Of a stretch of 64,000 nucleotides of DNA, positions 17,076 through 26,662 are shown in pieces. The position numbers and the translations under genes are program-made. This DNA is from Planctomycetota bacterium. GTDB taxonomy: Bacteria; Planctomycetota; MHYJ01; WSZJ01. The stretch's first letter is position 1. Every line of letters begins with the position of its first letter. The notes below the pieces were generated by a model. It did no database searches. It had not been told where the DNA came from and saw nothing but the letters and a program-made list of their open reading frames with translations. Where the stretch lies: assembly GCA_038060895.1 (NCBI GenBank), contig JBBTCT010000026.1:1-64000 (forward strand). Reading direction: 5' to 3'.

Positions 17076-17575
17076 TTCTTGATCTTTCCCCAGACCGCCG
17101 TGACGGGGACCGGGCCGAAGCGCCGGCTGTCAGGGGCATTCGGGTCCCGGCGGTTGTCGCAGAGCAGGAAGTAGGTATCGCGCGGGACGACGACTTCGGG
17201 GATGTTCTGCCCGCGCGCCATGACTTCGGGGCGGAGGTAGGCCTCGGGCAGGTTGACGCCTTTGATCTGGACGTCGCCGTTCTTGATTCCGACGCGGTCG
17301 CCGGGCAATCCCACGACGCGCGCCAGGTAGCCGTCTTCGCGGGCGTTCGGGACCTTCCAGTAGAAGTACACGACGTCCTGAAGTTCCACGGGCCCGCCGG
17401 TGCTCGTCGGCCGGTTCTTCCCGGCCCACACCACGACAAACTGGTCGGAGATGTAGCTCGGCGACATGTAATTGCCGACGACCTTGGCGCAACCGCAGCT
17501 GCGGTAGGCGAAGAGCCCGAACCACAGGACCGCGAAGCCTATGAGGTATTTGACGTATTTTTCTACAATCCACAT
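17072..17575 (-). CDS. Signal peptidase I (S26) homolog lacking catalytic Ser and Lys
   Basis: TM anchor; box B VVGNYMSP (canonical G-x-S-M-x-P); box D YLARVVGLPGD (canonical K-R-x-x-G-x-P-G-D); box E CDNR...DSRRFG. Confidence 0.88.
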   Translation of the reverse strand: MWIVEKYVKYLIGFAVLWFGLFAYRSCGCAKVVGNYMSPSYISDQFVVVWAGKNRPTSTGGPVELQDVVYFYWKVPNAREDGYLARVVGLPGDRVGIKNGDVQIKGVNLPEAYLRPEVMARGQNIPEVVVPRDTYFLLCDNRRDPNAPDSRRFGPVPVTAVWGKIKK

Positions 17576-17583
17576 GCGCTTGA

Positions 17584-17611
17584 AGCGTAACACGCGGATG
17601 AATCGAGTCAA
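17584..17611 (-). promoter_or_regulatory. Sigma70-type promoter of the S26-like operon (probably leaderless)
   Basis: TTGACT, 16 nt, TACGCT, 8 nt, ATG; no SD. Confidence 0.5.
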
Positions 17612-17634
17612 GCGGATTCGCCCGGCAGCGCGCG

Positions 17635-17664
17635 TTGACGGCCTTCGCCGGAGGCCGCTATAAT
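17635..17664 (+). promoter_or_regulatory. Near-consensus sigma70 promoter of the HEAT/M16/ABC/asnB operon
   Basis: TTGACG (17635-17640), 18 nt, TATAAT (17659-17664). Confidence 0.65.
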
Positions 17665-17709
17665 CCACCGCTCGCGCGCCGTTACCCGTTGCCCCGAAAG
17701 GACTCCCGC

Positions 17710-20139
17710 TTGACCTCCCGCACGGGAATCGCCGCCATCCTGGCCGCCGCGATGGCGGTGGGTGCCGCGGGCATGCCGCCCGAAGGGCCGCCTACAGCCG
17801 AGGCGATCCAGGCGGGTCTGCGTGACCCGCGCCCCGAGGTCCGCGCCAACGCGGCAGCAGCGTTCCTCACCGACGCGCGCCCGGAAATCGCGAGCGCGGC
17901 GGAGCGCATCATCACGCAGGGAGAGCCCGCGGAAGCGCGCGAGTTGCTGCTCTTTCTCGCGGACCGGCCCGACTCCCGCTTCTGCGCGGCCCTGGTGGCC
18001 GCGACCCGCAGGCCTCCTTCAGCCGAGGCCGCCGAGACCGCGCTCGATGCGCTCGGCCGGCGAGCGCCGGCCGACGCGCTCTCCCGGATCCGCGAAGGTC
18101 TCGAGGGGGCGCCGCTCGAGGACCGCTCGCCATGGATCACGGCGCTGGGGTTCGTCCGAAGCGAGCGCGCGATTCCGCCTCTCGTCGCCCTGCTCCCCTC
18201 GAGCGATGCCGATGCCGCCATGGCCGCGCTCCGGCGCGTCACGACACTGACCTTCGTCGAACCTCGCGACTGGAATTTCTGGTGGGACCGCCATCGCAAC
18301 GACTCACTCGAAGAAATTCTCCGCGACGCCGCACGCCGGCTCCGCGAAGAAAACGCCTCCCTCAAAGGCGCGCTGGAGCGCGAGACAGCCCGCGCCAACG
18401 AACTGGAAAAGGCGGGGCTTCGCGAGCGCTTGCTCGCGGCGCAAAAGAAGAAGGATTCTGAAGCCGAGAAGGCAATCCTCGACAAGCAGTTCGCCAGCGC
18501 GCAACCCGCGCTGCGTGCATGGGCAGCCCAGGAGGCCGCTAAAGCCCTTCAACCCGCAGATTATTTCCCCGCCGTCCTCCGGCTTCTTTCCGACGATCCC
18601 GTTCCCGCCGTCCGCGTCGCCGCCGCGAGGTCTGCCGGTGATATCGGAAAGGAAAATGCCGTCGACGCCCTCCGGAAATGCCTCGACGATGAGATCCCCG
18701 CCCTTCGCGTCGCCGGGGTCGACGCCCTCGCCAAGGCCGCCGGCGACAAGGCCGCCCCCGACATCGTGCGAATGCTGGGCGCCTCGCAGCCGAGGGCGGT
18801 GCGGGAAGCGGCGATTGCCGCGCTCAAGGGGCTGAAACCGAAGGGATTCGCCGCGGCGGCCGCGACCCTCCTCGAAGCCGAGCTCGGCCGCCCCGCGCCC
18901 GAAAGCGTGGCCGCCGGCCTCATCGAACTCCTCGGATCCCTCCGCGACGAGGCCGGGATCGACGTCCTCGTCAAAGCGCTCCGCACCTCGACCGACAAGT
19001 CCATCCGCTTTCGCGCCGTCAAGTCCCTCGGCGAAATCGGAACGCCGCCCGCCGCTGCTCCCCTCATCGCCGAGTTGGATCGCCCCGCCGCCGAACAGGA
19101 AAAAGACGTCGTGGCGGAAGCGGTGACGGCGCTCGCGCAGGTCGGCGGCGATGCCGCTCGCGCGCGACTCGAAAAGGCGCTCGGCGAGTTCATCGATCAC
19201 GACAACCCGAATCCGAAGGCCCGTGAGAATGCCGCCCGCGGGCTCGCCCGCGCCGGGACCCTCGCTTCCGTCGATCCGCTTCTCAAATGCGCCAAGTCCG
19301 ACCCGGACGCCGCGGTGCGCAAGGAGGCGTGGGCCGCCGCGCTCGCCCTTTCGGACGCCGCCGCCGCCCGGCTCGACGCCCTGCAGGCGCTTCTCGGAAA
19401 AATCGGCGACGCCGAAGCGGACGCGACCTGGCGGATCGTGGTGCGGGGGATTCTCGTGAAGCCGGGGAACTTCGAAGCGGCGCGGGCAAAAGGTCATCTG
19501 AAGCTTCTGGCGGACGACTACTTTCTCCAGAAGGACTGGGCCAACGCGCTGAAGTGGTACGGCGAGGTGGTGAATTCGGCGCCCGAGGACACGGCCTCGG
19601 CGGCCCGCGTGGTGACGTGCCGCGTGCGCGCGGCGGACCTCGGGGCTGCGGTGACTGCGGGAGCACCGCTGGTGGCCCGCCTGGCTCCGGGTGCGCCGGG
19701 ATTTGCGGAGGCACGGCTCGCGCTGATCGAGGCCCGATGCGCGCTCAACGAACCCGGGCGCGCCCGGGTGCTCTGCCCTGACGACGGCGCTCTGGCCGTG
19801 CTTCCCGCTGCGGACCGGGTCGCGCTGGCCGCGGAAAGGACCCGGCTCGACGGAGTCTGCGCCCGGATTCTCGCGGATGTGGAGAAACAGTTTCCCGCCA
19901 TCGCGGCGAAGCCCGATGAAGGCTGGAAGGAATACGTGATTCTTCTGAAATCGGCGCCGCCGGCCGCCACCGTGGAATTCCTCGCCGGCAGGGCGGAAAG
20001 CGCGGACGCCGCGGAGAGGACGGCGGCCGCAAAGGCGCTCGAAGCGCTGACCGGGATCGCGATTCCGCCCGAAGAAGGTGACCCGAGGAAGGCGAAGCTG
20101 GAAGAAGCCCGGGCGTGGCCCGGGAAACTGACACCCTGA
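17710..20139 (+). CDS. Secreted HEAT-repeat/TPR protein
   Basis: Signal-like N-terminus; repeated LxDxxxxVRxxAAxxLG units; WNFWWDRH motif; TPR-like LADDYFLQKDWANALKWY; TTG start inferred. Confidence 0.8.
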   Translation: MTSRTGIAAILAAAMAVGAAGMPPEGPPTAEAIQAGLRDPRPEVRANAAAAFLTDARPEIASAAERIITQGEPAEARELLLFLADRPDSRFCAALVAATRRPPSAEAAETALDALGRRAPADALSRIREGLEGAPLEDRSPWITALGFVRSERAIPPLVALLPSSDADAAMAALRRVTTLTFVEPRDWNFWWDRHRNDSLEEILRDAARRLREENASLKGALERETARANELEKAGLRERLLAAQKKKDSEAEKAILDKQFASAQPALRAWAAQEAAKALQPADYFPAVLRLLSDDPVPAVRVAAARSAGDIGKENAVDALRKCLDDEIPALRVAGVDALAKAAGDKAAPDIVRMLGASQPRAVREAAIAALKGLKPKGFAAAAATLLEAELGRPAPESVAAGLIELLGSLRDEAGIDVLVKALRTSTDKSIRFRAVKSLGEIGTPPAAAPLIAELDRPAAEQEKDVVAEAVTALAQVGGDAARARLEKALGEFIDHDNPNPKARENAARGLARAGTLASVDPLLKCAKSDPDAAVRKEAWAAALALSDAAAARLDALQALLGKIGDAEADATWRIVVRGILVKPGNFEAARAKGHLKLLADDYFLQKDWANALKWYGEVVNSAPEDTASAARVVTCRVRAADLGAAVTAGAPLVARLAPGAPGFAEARLALIEARCALNEPGRARVLCPDDGALAVLPAADRVALAAERTRLDGVCARILADVEKQFPAIAAKPDEGWKEYVILLKSAPPAATVEFLAGRAESADAAERTAAAKALEALTGIAIPPEEGDPRKAKLEEARAWPGKLTP

Positions 20140-20152
20140 CGGAGGAAGCGAG

Positions 20153-22756
20153 ATGTTGAAGCGGATTGTGGTGGCCGCCGCGTTGGTGGCGATCCCGGCA
20201 GGCGCCGAGGAGGCGAAGTCGCTTCGCCGTGAGGTCCTCGAGAACGGCGCCGTCGTGATCGTGAAGGAAGACCACAACATGCCGGTCGTCACGCTTCAGG
20301 CCTGGTTCCCCGTCGGCTCCACGACCGAGGGTGAGAATCTCGGCCAGGGGCTGTCGCATTACGTCGAGCACATGATCTTCAAGGGAACCGAGAAGCAGGC
20401 GCCCGGCGATTTCGCGCGCCAGGTCAAGGCCGGCGGCGGAGACCTGAACGCCTATACGTCGTTCGACAAAACGGTCTTCCACTGCACGGTGCGAAGCCAG
20501 CACTTCGACCGCATGCTCGAGTCGTTTTCCGACGTCATCGTGAACTCGAAGATGGACCCGGAAGAGGCGCGCAAGGAACAGCAGGTGATCGTGAACGAGC
20601 TGAAGGTGTACCTGGACGACCCGAACCGGCTGATCCAGTACGCATACAACGAGACGGCGTGGCGCCTGCATCCCGCGCGGCACCCGATCGGCGGATACCT
20701 CGACCAGTTCCTCAAACTGAAGGCGGAAGACGTCGGCCACTATTTCCGCCGCTGGTACGTGCCGAACAACATGATCTTTATATGCGTCGGTGACGTCGAT
20801 GGCGCGGCAGCCGCTGCTGCAATCCGCAGGACCTTCGCTTCGTGGGAACGAAAGGCGATCCCGCCGATCGTCCTCCCGGTCGAGCCGCCGCAAAGCGCGC
20901 CGAGGCGCGAAAGGCGAAGCTACCCGATCCCAAAGGGCGGCGCTTCGAGCGGGGCGCGGCTGAAGATCGGCTGGCCGACGGTGAACTGCTACCACGAGGA
21001 CGCGCCGGCTCTCGACATGGCCGGGCTCGTGCTGGCGTACGGGGACTCCAGCCGGTTGACGCGCGGGCTGAAGAACGAGAAGAGGATCGTGCAGTCCCTG
21101 TTCGCCCGGAGCGACACGCCTGCGTACCGCGGGAATTTCGCCATCACTGCGACGCTTGAGCCGAAGTTCATGGAAGCGGCGGAAGCGGCGATTCTCGAGG
21201 AGGTGAAGAAGCTGCAGGAGGCGCCGGTGACCGGCGCCGAGCTGGCGCGGGTCCGTGCGGCCGTCATGGCGTGGAACGTGATCGGCCGGCAGGACATCAT
21301 GAGCCAGGCGGACGTCTGCGGTGAGGGGGAGATGTACCACGGCAACCCCGGGTACGAGAGTCTGTACCTGGAAAAGCTGAAGGCAGTGACTCCGGAGGAC
21401 ATCCTCCGCGTCGCGCGCACCTGGATGCTCCCTTCAACGATGACGGTGGCCAGCGTCGTGCCTCGCGAGGAAGCCGGGGAGGCGTCGCGCCCCGGCCCGG
21501 TGACCGCCGCCGCCTTTGAGCCGCACATCGAGGAATTCACGCTCGAAAACGGCCTGCGCGTCGTCTTCCGCCGCAACCCGAACGCCCCTTCGTTCGCATT
21601 CACGATGACGTTTATGGCGGGGAGCCGCCTCGAGGAGGCGGGAAAACCCGGCGTCGCGAACCTCGCGGGAGAAATGCTCCTGCGCGGGACGACGAACCGG
21701 AGCGCCGCGCAACTGGCCGAGGAAATCAACGCAACAGGCGGGACATTCAAGGTCCAGGGCGGCCGCAACACGGTTCTCCTCAACGCCGAGATGCTCACGC
21801 AGGATTTTGCGAAGGCCCTCGAGCTCGCGGCGGACGTCCTCATGAATCCCGCCTTCGATGCCGGCGAGCTCGACAACATCAAGCGGCTCGCCCTCGCCCA
21901 GCTCGACAGCACGATGCGAAGCGCCCGGGGCGCGACAACGCTCCGCCTCCTGAAGGCGATGTACGGCGAACACCCTTACGGCCGCTTCCCGCTCGGCACC
22001 GAGGAATCCATCCGCGCGATCTCGCCCGGCGACCTCCGCGCCTTCCACGGCCGGTTCGTCCACGCCGGCAACGGAGTGATCGCGGTCGTCGGGAATCTCG
22101 AGCCGGCGGCGGTCAAAGCGGCGCTTGCGAAAGCGTTGGGCGGGTTGCGGAAAAGCGACGAGAAGCTGCCGGCCGTCGCGCCGCCCGGCGAACTCAAGAG
22201 CGGCTGGAGCGGCGACGTGAACGACCCGACGAAGAACATGGGGGTCGCCCTCCTCGGCTTCCCGACGGTCGCGATGCACGAGGCGGACCGCTGGCCGCTG
22301 CAGGTCATCGAGAAAGTCATGGGCGGGATGGGCGGGCGCGTCTGGGACGCGGTGCGCGAGAAGCGAAACCTGGCGTACAACGCCTGGGCCTCAAACCTCA
22401 CGATGTACGAGCGCGGGTACTTCGAGTTCGGCGCCCAGGTGCAGCTCGACAATCTCGACCCGACCGTGAAGGTCCTGAAGGAAGAAATCCGGCGGATCCG
22501 CGAGGAAGAGGTTACCGCGGAGGAGCTTGTGCGGGCGAAGAACGGCGTGATCGGAGAACTGCTGATCGACCTGCAGAAGAATTCGGCGCAATCCCAGCAG
22601 CTGGCCCTGGACACGATCTACGGGCTCGGGCCGAAGTTCGTGTTCGACGCGCCGTCGAAAGTCGAGAGGCTGACCGCGGCGGACATCCAGGCGGCCGCCC
22701 GGAAGTACCTCGACCCGGACAGGGCCGTGATCGCGATCACAAGGCCGGGAAAATAG
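20153..22756 (+). CDS. M16 family zinc metallopeptidase (pitrilysin/PqqL-like), secreted
   Basis: Inverted zincin GLSHYVEHMIFKGT, NAYTS, second half LENGL...REKRNLAY; signal peptide; SD GGAGG. Confidence 0.93.
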   Translation: MLKRIVVAAALVAIPAGAEEAKSLRREVLENGAVVIVKEDHNMPVVTLQAWFPVGSTTEGENLGQGLSHYVEHMIFKGTEKQAPGDFARQVKAGGGDLNAYTSFDKTVFHCTVRSQHFDRMLESFSDVIVNSKMDPEEARKEQQVIVNELKVYLDDPNRLIQYAYNETAWRLHPARHPIGGYLDQFLKLKAEDVGHYFRRWYVPNNMIFICVGDVDGAAAAAAIRRTFASWERKAIPPIVLPVEPPQSAPRRERRSYPIPKGGASSGARLKIGWPTVNCYHEDAPALDMAGLVLAYGDSSRLTRGLKNEKRIVQSLFARSDTPAYRGNFAITATLEPKFMEAAEAAILEEVKKLQEAPVTGAELARVRAAVMAWNVIGRQDIMSQADVCGEGEMYHGNPGYESLYLEKLKAVTPEDILRVARTWMLPSTMTVASVVPREEAGEASRPGPVTAAAFEPHIEEFTLENGLRVVFRRNPNAPSFAFTMTFMAGSRLEEAGKPGVANLAGEMLLRGTTNRSAAQLAEEINATGGTFKVQGGRNTVLLNAEMLTQDFAKALELAADVLMNPAFDAGELDNIKRLALAQLDSTMRSARGATTLRLLKAMYGEHPYGRFPLGTEESIRAISPGDLRAFHGRFVHAGNGVIAVVGNLEPAAVKAALAKALGGLRKSDEKLPAVAPPGELKSGWSGDVNDPTKNMGVALLGFPTVAMHEADRWPLQVIEKVMGGMGGRVWDAVREKRNLAYNAWASNLTMYERGYFEFGAQVQLDNLDPTVKVLKEEIRRIREEEVTAEELVRAKNGVIGELLIDLQKNSAQSQQLALDTIYGLGPKFVFDAPSKVERLTAADIQAAARKYLDPDRAVIAITRPGK

Positions 22757-22759
22757 CGC

Positions 22760-24706
22760 GTGGACATCAGCATCAGCGAGTTGCTGGGGAACAAAGCCAT
22801 CGGGCTCGTGAACTTCCTGATGGTCGCGTGGCCCTGGCTGTACGTTTCGCTCCTCGCGGCCCTGGCCGCCGGCACCGGCATCATCTGGCGGCTCGACCGC
22901 CTCTCCGAAACGAGGAGCCCACGCGATCTGTCGCCCCGGCTGCGGAGCGTCTACCTGTCCTACAAGCTCGTGCTGATGGCGTCGCGGTACCGCTTTGAGT
23001 TCGTAATGCTGCTGGCTTCCGCGGGGCTTTACGCCATGGTCCTCCAGGGCCGCCTCGCTTTTCTCCCTCCTGTCGTGGACGTGATGGAAGGAAAGCGGCC
23101 GTTCGATTCTCTCTGGCCCCTCCTGGTCCTCGGATTGCTCTATATCCCCATGGGCGCGTTTCTCGACTGGGTCATGAACTACTTCGAGCGCCTCATGAAC
23201 CTGCGCGTCATCGTGGCCATGCGCAACGAAGCCGTTTCTCACCTGCTCAAGCTCTCGCTTCGCTTCTTCGGCCAGCGCCGTGCCGGGGACCTGTATTCAC
23301 GGATCACCAACGATGTCGCGGTGGCCCAGAACGCCCTCGGCGCGATGTACGGCGACCTGGTCCAGCAGCCCCTGCAGGTCGTCGCACTGGTCGCCCTCGC
23401 GTTCGTCTTCTCCTGGAAACTGTCGCTGCTCCTCTTCATCGGCCTCCCCCTGTTCGCATACCCGCTCCTCAGGCTCGGCCGTCGGATCAAGAAGTCGCAG
23501 AAAAAGACGCTCGGAACCCTGGGCGAACTGACCGAACAGATTCACCAGATGTTCTCGGGAATCCGGACGGTCAAGGCGTTCCGCATGGAAGCGGCCGAAG
23601 AGCGCGAGATGGAGAAGGTCAGCAGCTCCTGGATGAAGAAGTACATGAAGGTCATCATCGCGAAGGCGACGTCGAGCAGCGTGCACGAGCTGCTGCAGGG
23701 CTACGCCGTGATCGCCATGATCGGCGCCATCATCTTCCTGAAGCGCTGGAACATTCTCGACACGAGCGGCGGCGACCTGGTCGGTTTCGTCCTGGTGTGC
23801 GTGTCGTTCAACCGCCCGATCCGGCAGCTCACCAAGGCCTGGAACACCCTTCAGGAATCGATCGCCGGCTGCGAGCGCGTCTTCGAGCTGACGGAATTCC
23901 CGCCCGAGATCGTCGACGCGCCCGGCGCCATCGACCTGCCGCCGCTCCGCGACTCCATCCGGTTCCGCAACGTGTCGTTCGCCTACGCCGACGAACCCGT
24001 CCTCCGCGACGTCGATGTTGAAATCCGGAAAGGCCAGGTCGTCGCCATCGTCGGCCCCTCCGGCGCTGGCAAATCAACCTTTCTCGACCTCCTCTGCCGC
24101 TTCTACGACCCCACCGCCGGCTCCGTCGAAATGGACGGCCTGGACATCCGGCGAGTGAAGCGCGACTCGTTGCTCTCGCGCCTCGCCGTCGTTTCACAGG
24201 AAAACTTCCTCTTCCACGACACGATCGCCCAGAACATCCGCTACGGCCGCCCGGGCGCGTCGGACGCAGAGGTCGAGGAGGCGGCGAAGGCTGCGAACAT
24301 CCACGACATGATTTCGCGGCTGCCGCAGGGTTACACGACCGACGTCGGCGAACGCGGGGCCATGCTGTCGGGCGGCGAGCGCCAGCGGATGGCGATCGCG
24401 CGGGCGATCCTGCGCAACCCGGCGCTGTTGCTGCTCGACGAAGCGACGAGCGCGCTCGACTCGCAGAACGAAAAACTGGTGCAGGGCGCACTCGACCGGA
24501 TGATGCACGAGGGCGGGCGGACTACGTTTGTCGTGGCGCACCGTCTTTCAACTGTCCAGGGGGCAGACCTGATCCTCGTCCTGGAAAGGGGATCCCTAGT
24601 GGAAAGCGGCACGCACCCGGAGCTGCTGGCAAAGGACGGCCTGTACGCGCGGCTGCACCGGTCGCAATTCGGTGAACGAACGGAGGCCGTCCCGGCCGCG
24701 AAATAG
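22760..24706 (+). CDS. ABC exporter, fused permease/ATPase (MsbA-like)
   Basis: TM domain with GDLYSRITND; GPSGAGKST, LSGGERQR, LLLDEATSALD, AHRLST. Confidence 0.92.
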   Translation: MDISISELLGNKAIGLVNFLMVAWPWLYVSLLAALAAGTGIIWRLDRLSETRSPRDLSPRLRSVYLSYKLVLMASRYRFEFVMLLASAGLYAMVLQGRLAFLPPVVDVMEGKRPFDSLWPLLVLGLLYIPMGAFLDWVMNYFERLMNLRVIVAMRNEAVSHLLKLSLRFFGQRRAGDLYSRITNDVAVAQNALGAMYGDLVQQPLQVVALVALAFVFSWKLSLLLFIGLPLFAYPLLRLGRRIKKSQKKTLGTLGELTEQIHQMFSGIRTVKAFRMEAAEEREMEKVSSSWMKKYMKVIIAKATSSSVHELLQGYAVIAMIGAIIFLKRWNILDTSGGDLVGFVLVCVSFNRPIRQLTKAWNTLQESIAGCERVFELTEFPPEIVDAPGAIDLPPLRDSIRFRNVSFAYADEPVLRDVDVEIRKGQVVAIVGPSGAGKSTFLDLLCRFYDPTAGSVEMDGLDIRRVKRDSLLSRLAVVSQENFLFHDTIAQNIRYGRPGASDAEVEEAAKAANIHDMISRLPQGYTTDVGERGAMLSGGERQRMAIARAILRNPALLLLDEATSALDSQNEKLVQGALDRMMHEGGRTTFVVAHRLSTVQGADLILVLERGSLVESGTHPELLAKDGLYARLHRSQFGERTEAVPAAK

Positions 24707-24751
24707 GCAGTTGCCCTTCCACCCTGTCCCGTTCACCCCGGAGTCGACTTC

Positions 24752-26650
24752 ATGTGCGGAATCGCAGGTCTCGTTCGATTGGACGGCGCGCGCGCCAGCG
24801 CGGCCACCGCAGGCGCCATGACCGCCTCGCTCGCGCACCGGGGCCCTGACGGCAACGGCCTCTGGGTGGACGGTCCGTGCGCGCTGGGGCACCGGCGGCT
24901 CGCGGTGATCGACCTCTCCCCCGCCGGCCAGCAGCCGGTCGTCAACGAGGACGGGAGCGTCGCCGCGACGTTCAACGGTGAGATCTACAATTTCGCCGAG
25001 CTGCGCCGCGACCTGGAGAAGAAGGGGCACGTCTTCAAGTCGAAGTCCGACGCGGAAGTAATCGTCCACCAGTACGAAGCGGACGGCGACCGCTGCGTGG
25101 ACAAATTCCGCGGGATGTTCTCGTTCGCGCTGTGGGACAAGAAGAAGCAGCGGCTGCTCGCGGCGCGCGACCGCGCGGGCAAGAAGCCGTTCTTCTACTC
25201 CGCGGTCGAAGGCACTTTCCGCTTCGCCAGCGAACTCCAGGCCATCCTCGCCGATCCAGGTTTCCCGCGCCGCCTCGACCCGAACGCCGTCGATCACTAC
25301 TTCCATTACCAGTACATCCCCGCGCCTCTCACGATCTGGCAGGACGTCCGCAAGCTCCCGGCCGGGCACTCCCTCGTACTCGAGGGCGGCGAAGTGAAAA
25401 CATCCGCGTACTGGGATCTCGACTTCCGGCTCAAGGACTTCTACGTCAATTCCGAAGCGGCGGAAGAGCGGTTCCGGCAGCTGTTCGACGAATGCGTCAA
25501 GTCGCGCCTCGTCTCCGACGTCCCGCTCGGCGCGTTCCTTTCCGGCGGAATCGATTCGTCCGCGGTCGTCGAGGCCATGACGCGCCTCTCGGGCTCGAAG
25601 GTGAAAACCTTCTCGATCGGGTTCGAGGAAGCGGCGTACAGCGAGCTGGAGGCGGCGCGGGAATTCGCGCGGCAGCTCGGGACGGAGCACCACGATGAAA
25701 TCGTCCGGCCGAACGCGATGGAAATTCTTCCGGCGCTCGTGAAGCACTACGGGGAGCCCTTCGCGGACTCGAGCGCCGTCCCGACGTACTACCTCTCGAA
25801 GATGACGCGCCAGCACGTCACGGTCGCCCTTTCCGGCGACGGCGGCGACGAGTCGTTCCTCGGGTACGCGCGCGTCGCGGCGATCCACCAGGCCGAGCGG
25901 CTCACGAAGATGCCGGCGCCGGCGCGCGGCCTGCTTTCGCGGCTCGCGGGGATGATCCCCGGCGGCGGAGGCCCGCGTTCCTTGACGCGCCGCGTCAAAC
26001 GATTTGCGACGATGGAAGGCAATACCGCGGCCGAGCACTTCACGGAACTCGTCGCCTACTTCGGCCGCGCGCGGCGCAAGGATCTTTACGAGCCGTCGTT
26101 TGCTTCGCAGCTTGCGGGCGACGCGTCCGAATTCATGCACAAGCTCTTTGCCAACGCCCCCGCCGCTGACATCACCGAAAAAGCCCTCTACGTCGAAGCG
26201 CGCTCCTACCTCCCCGAGGATCTCCAGCCGAAGGTCGACGTCGCCTCCATGATGTCCGCACTGGAGGTCCGCTCCCCCTTCCTCGATCACAACCTCATGG
26301 AATTCGCCACGCGCCTCCCGCTGCGCTTCAAGCAGGACGGCCTCAACACGAAAGTCTTCCTCAAGCGCGCGCTTGCGAAGCGCCTTCCCACGGAGGTCCT
26401 CGACCGTCCGAAGCAGGGCTTCGCGGTCCCGCTCGAAAACTGGTTCCGCGGCGAGTTGCGCGAGCCGGCAAGAGAACTTCTCCTGTCGAAGGAGTCGCGC
26501 CAGCGCGGGATGTTCAGGGAGAACGAGGTGCAGCGGTACCTCGACGAGCACCAGGCAGGGCAGGACCATTCGTCGCGGCTGTGGTCGCTGATGTTCTTTG
26601 AGATGTGGGCGCGCGAGTGGCTGGACCGCGACAAGCCTGCCGGGTTCTAG
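24752..26650 (+). CDS. asnB: Asparagine synthase (glutamine-hydrolysing) family amidotransferase
   Basis: MCGIAG, HRGPD, FNGEIYN, LSGGIDSS, LSGDGGDE, RSPFLD, RPKQGF. Confidence 0.95.
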   Translation: MCGIAGLVRLDGARASAATAGAMTASLAHRGPDGNGLWVDGPCALGHRRLAVIDLSPAGQQPVVNEDGSVAATFNGEIYNFAELRRDLEKKGHVFKSKSDAEVIVHQYEADGDRCVDKFRGMFSFALWDKKKQRLLAARDRAGKKPFFYSAVEGTFRFASELQAILADPGFPRRLDPNAVDHYFHYQYIPAPLTIWQDVRKLPAGHSLVLEGGEVKTSAYWDLDFRLKDFYVNSEAAEERFRQLFDECVKSRLVSDVPLGAFLSGGIDSSAVVEAMTRLSGSKVKTFSIGFEEAAYSELEAAREFARQLGTEHHDEIVRPNAMEILPALVKHYGEPFADSSAVPTYYLSKMTRQHVTVALSGDGGDESFLGYARVAAIHQAERLTKMPAPARGLLSRLAGMIPGGGGPRSLTRRVKRFATMEGNTAAEHFTELVAYFGRARRKDLYEPSFASQLAGDASEFMHKLFANAPAADITEKALYVEARSYLPEDLQPKVDVASMMSALEVRSPFLDHNLMEFATRLPLRFKQDGLNTKVFLKRALAKRLPTEVLDRPKQGFAVPLENWFRGELREPARELLLSKESRQRGMFRENEVQRYLDEHQAGQDHSSRLWSLMFFEMWAREWLDRDKPAGF

Positions 26651-26662
26651 CCCTTGCCTCTG

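Noticed and set aside
21520-22756. Missing HxxEH in the C-terminal half of the M16 peptidase as another pseudoenzyme
   Set aside because: Normal for single-chain M16 enzymes; the N-terminal half has HYVEH and the C-terminal half has the expected R/Y motif
18304-26569. Long antisense ORFs (18304-20292, 19745-21340, 24596-26569 and similar ones elsewhere)
   Set aside because: Expected shadow ORFs in high-GC coding DNA; no motifs, and they overlap well-supported genes
20153-26650. Peptidase, ABC exporter and asparagine-synthase homolog as a lasso-peptide/RiPP cluster
   Set aside because: AsnB has an intact N-terminal Cys glutaminase domain; no transglutaminase-like B protein, RRE/PqqD or precursor peptide is visible
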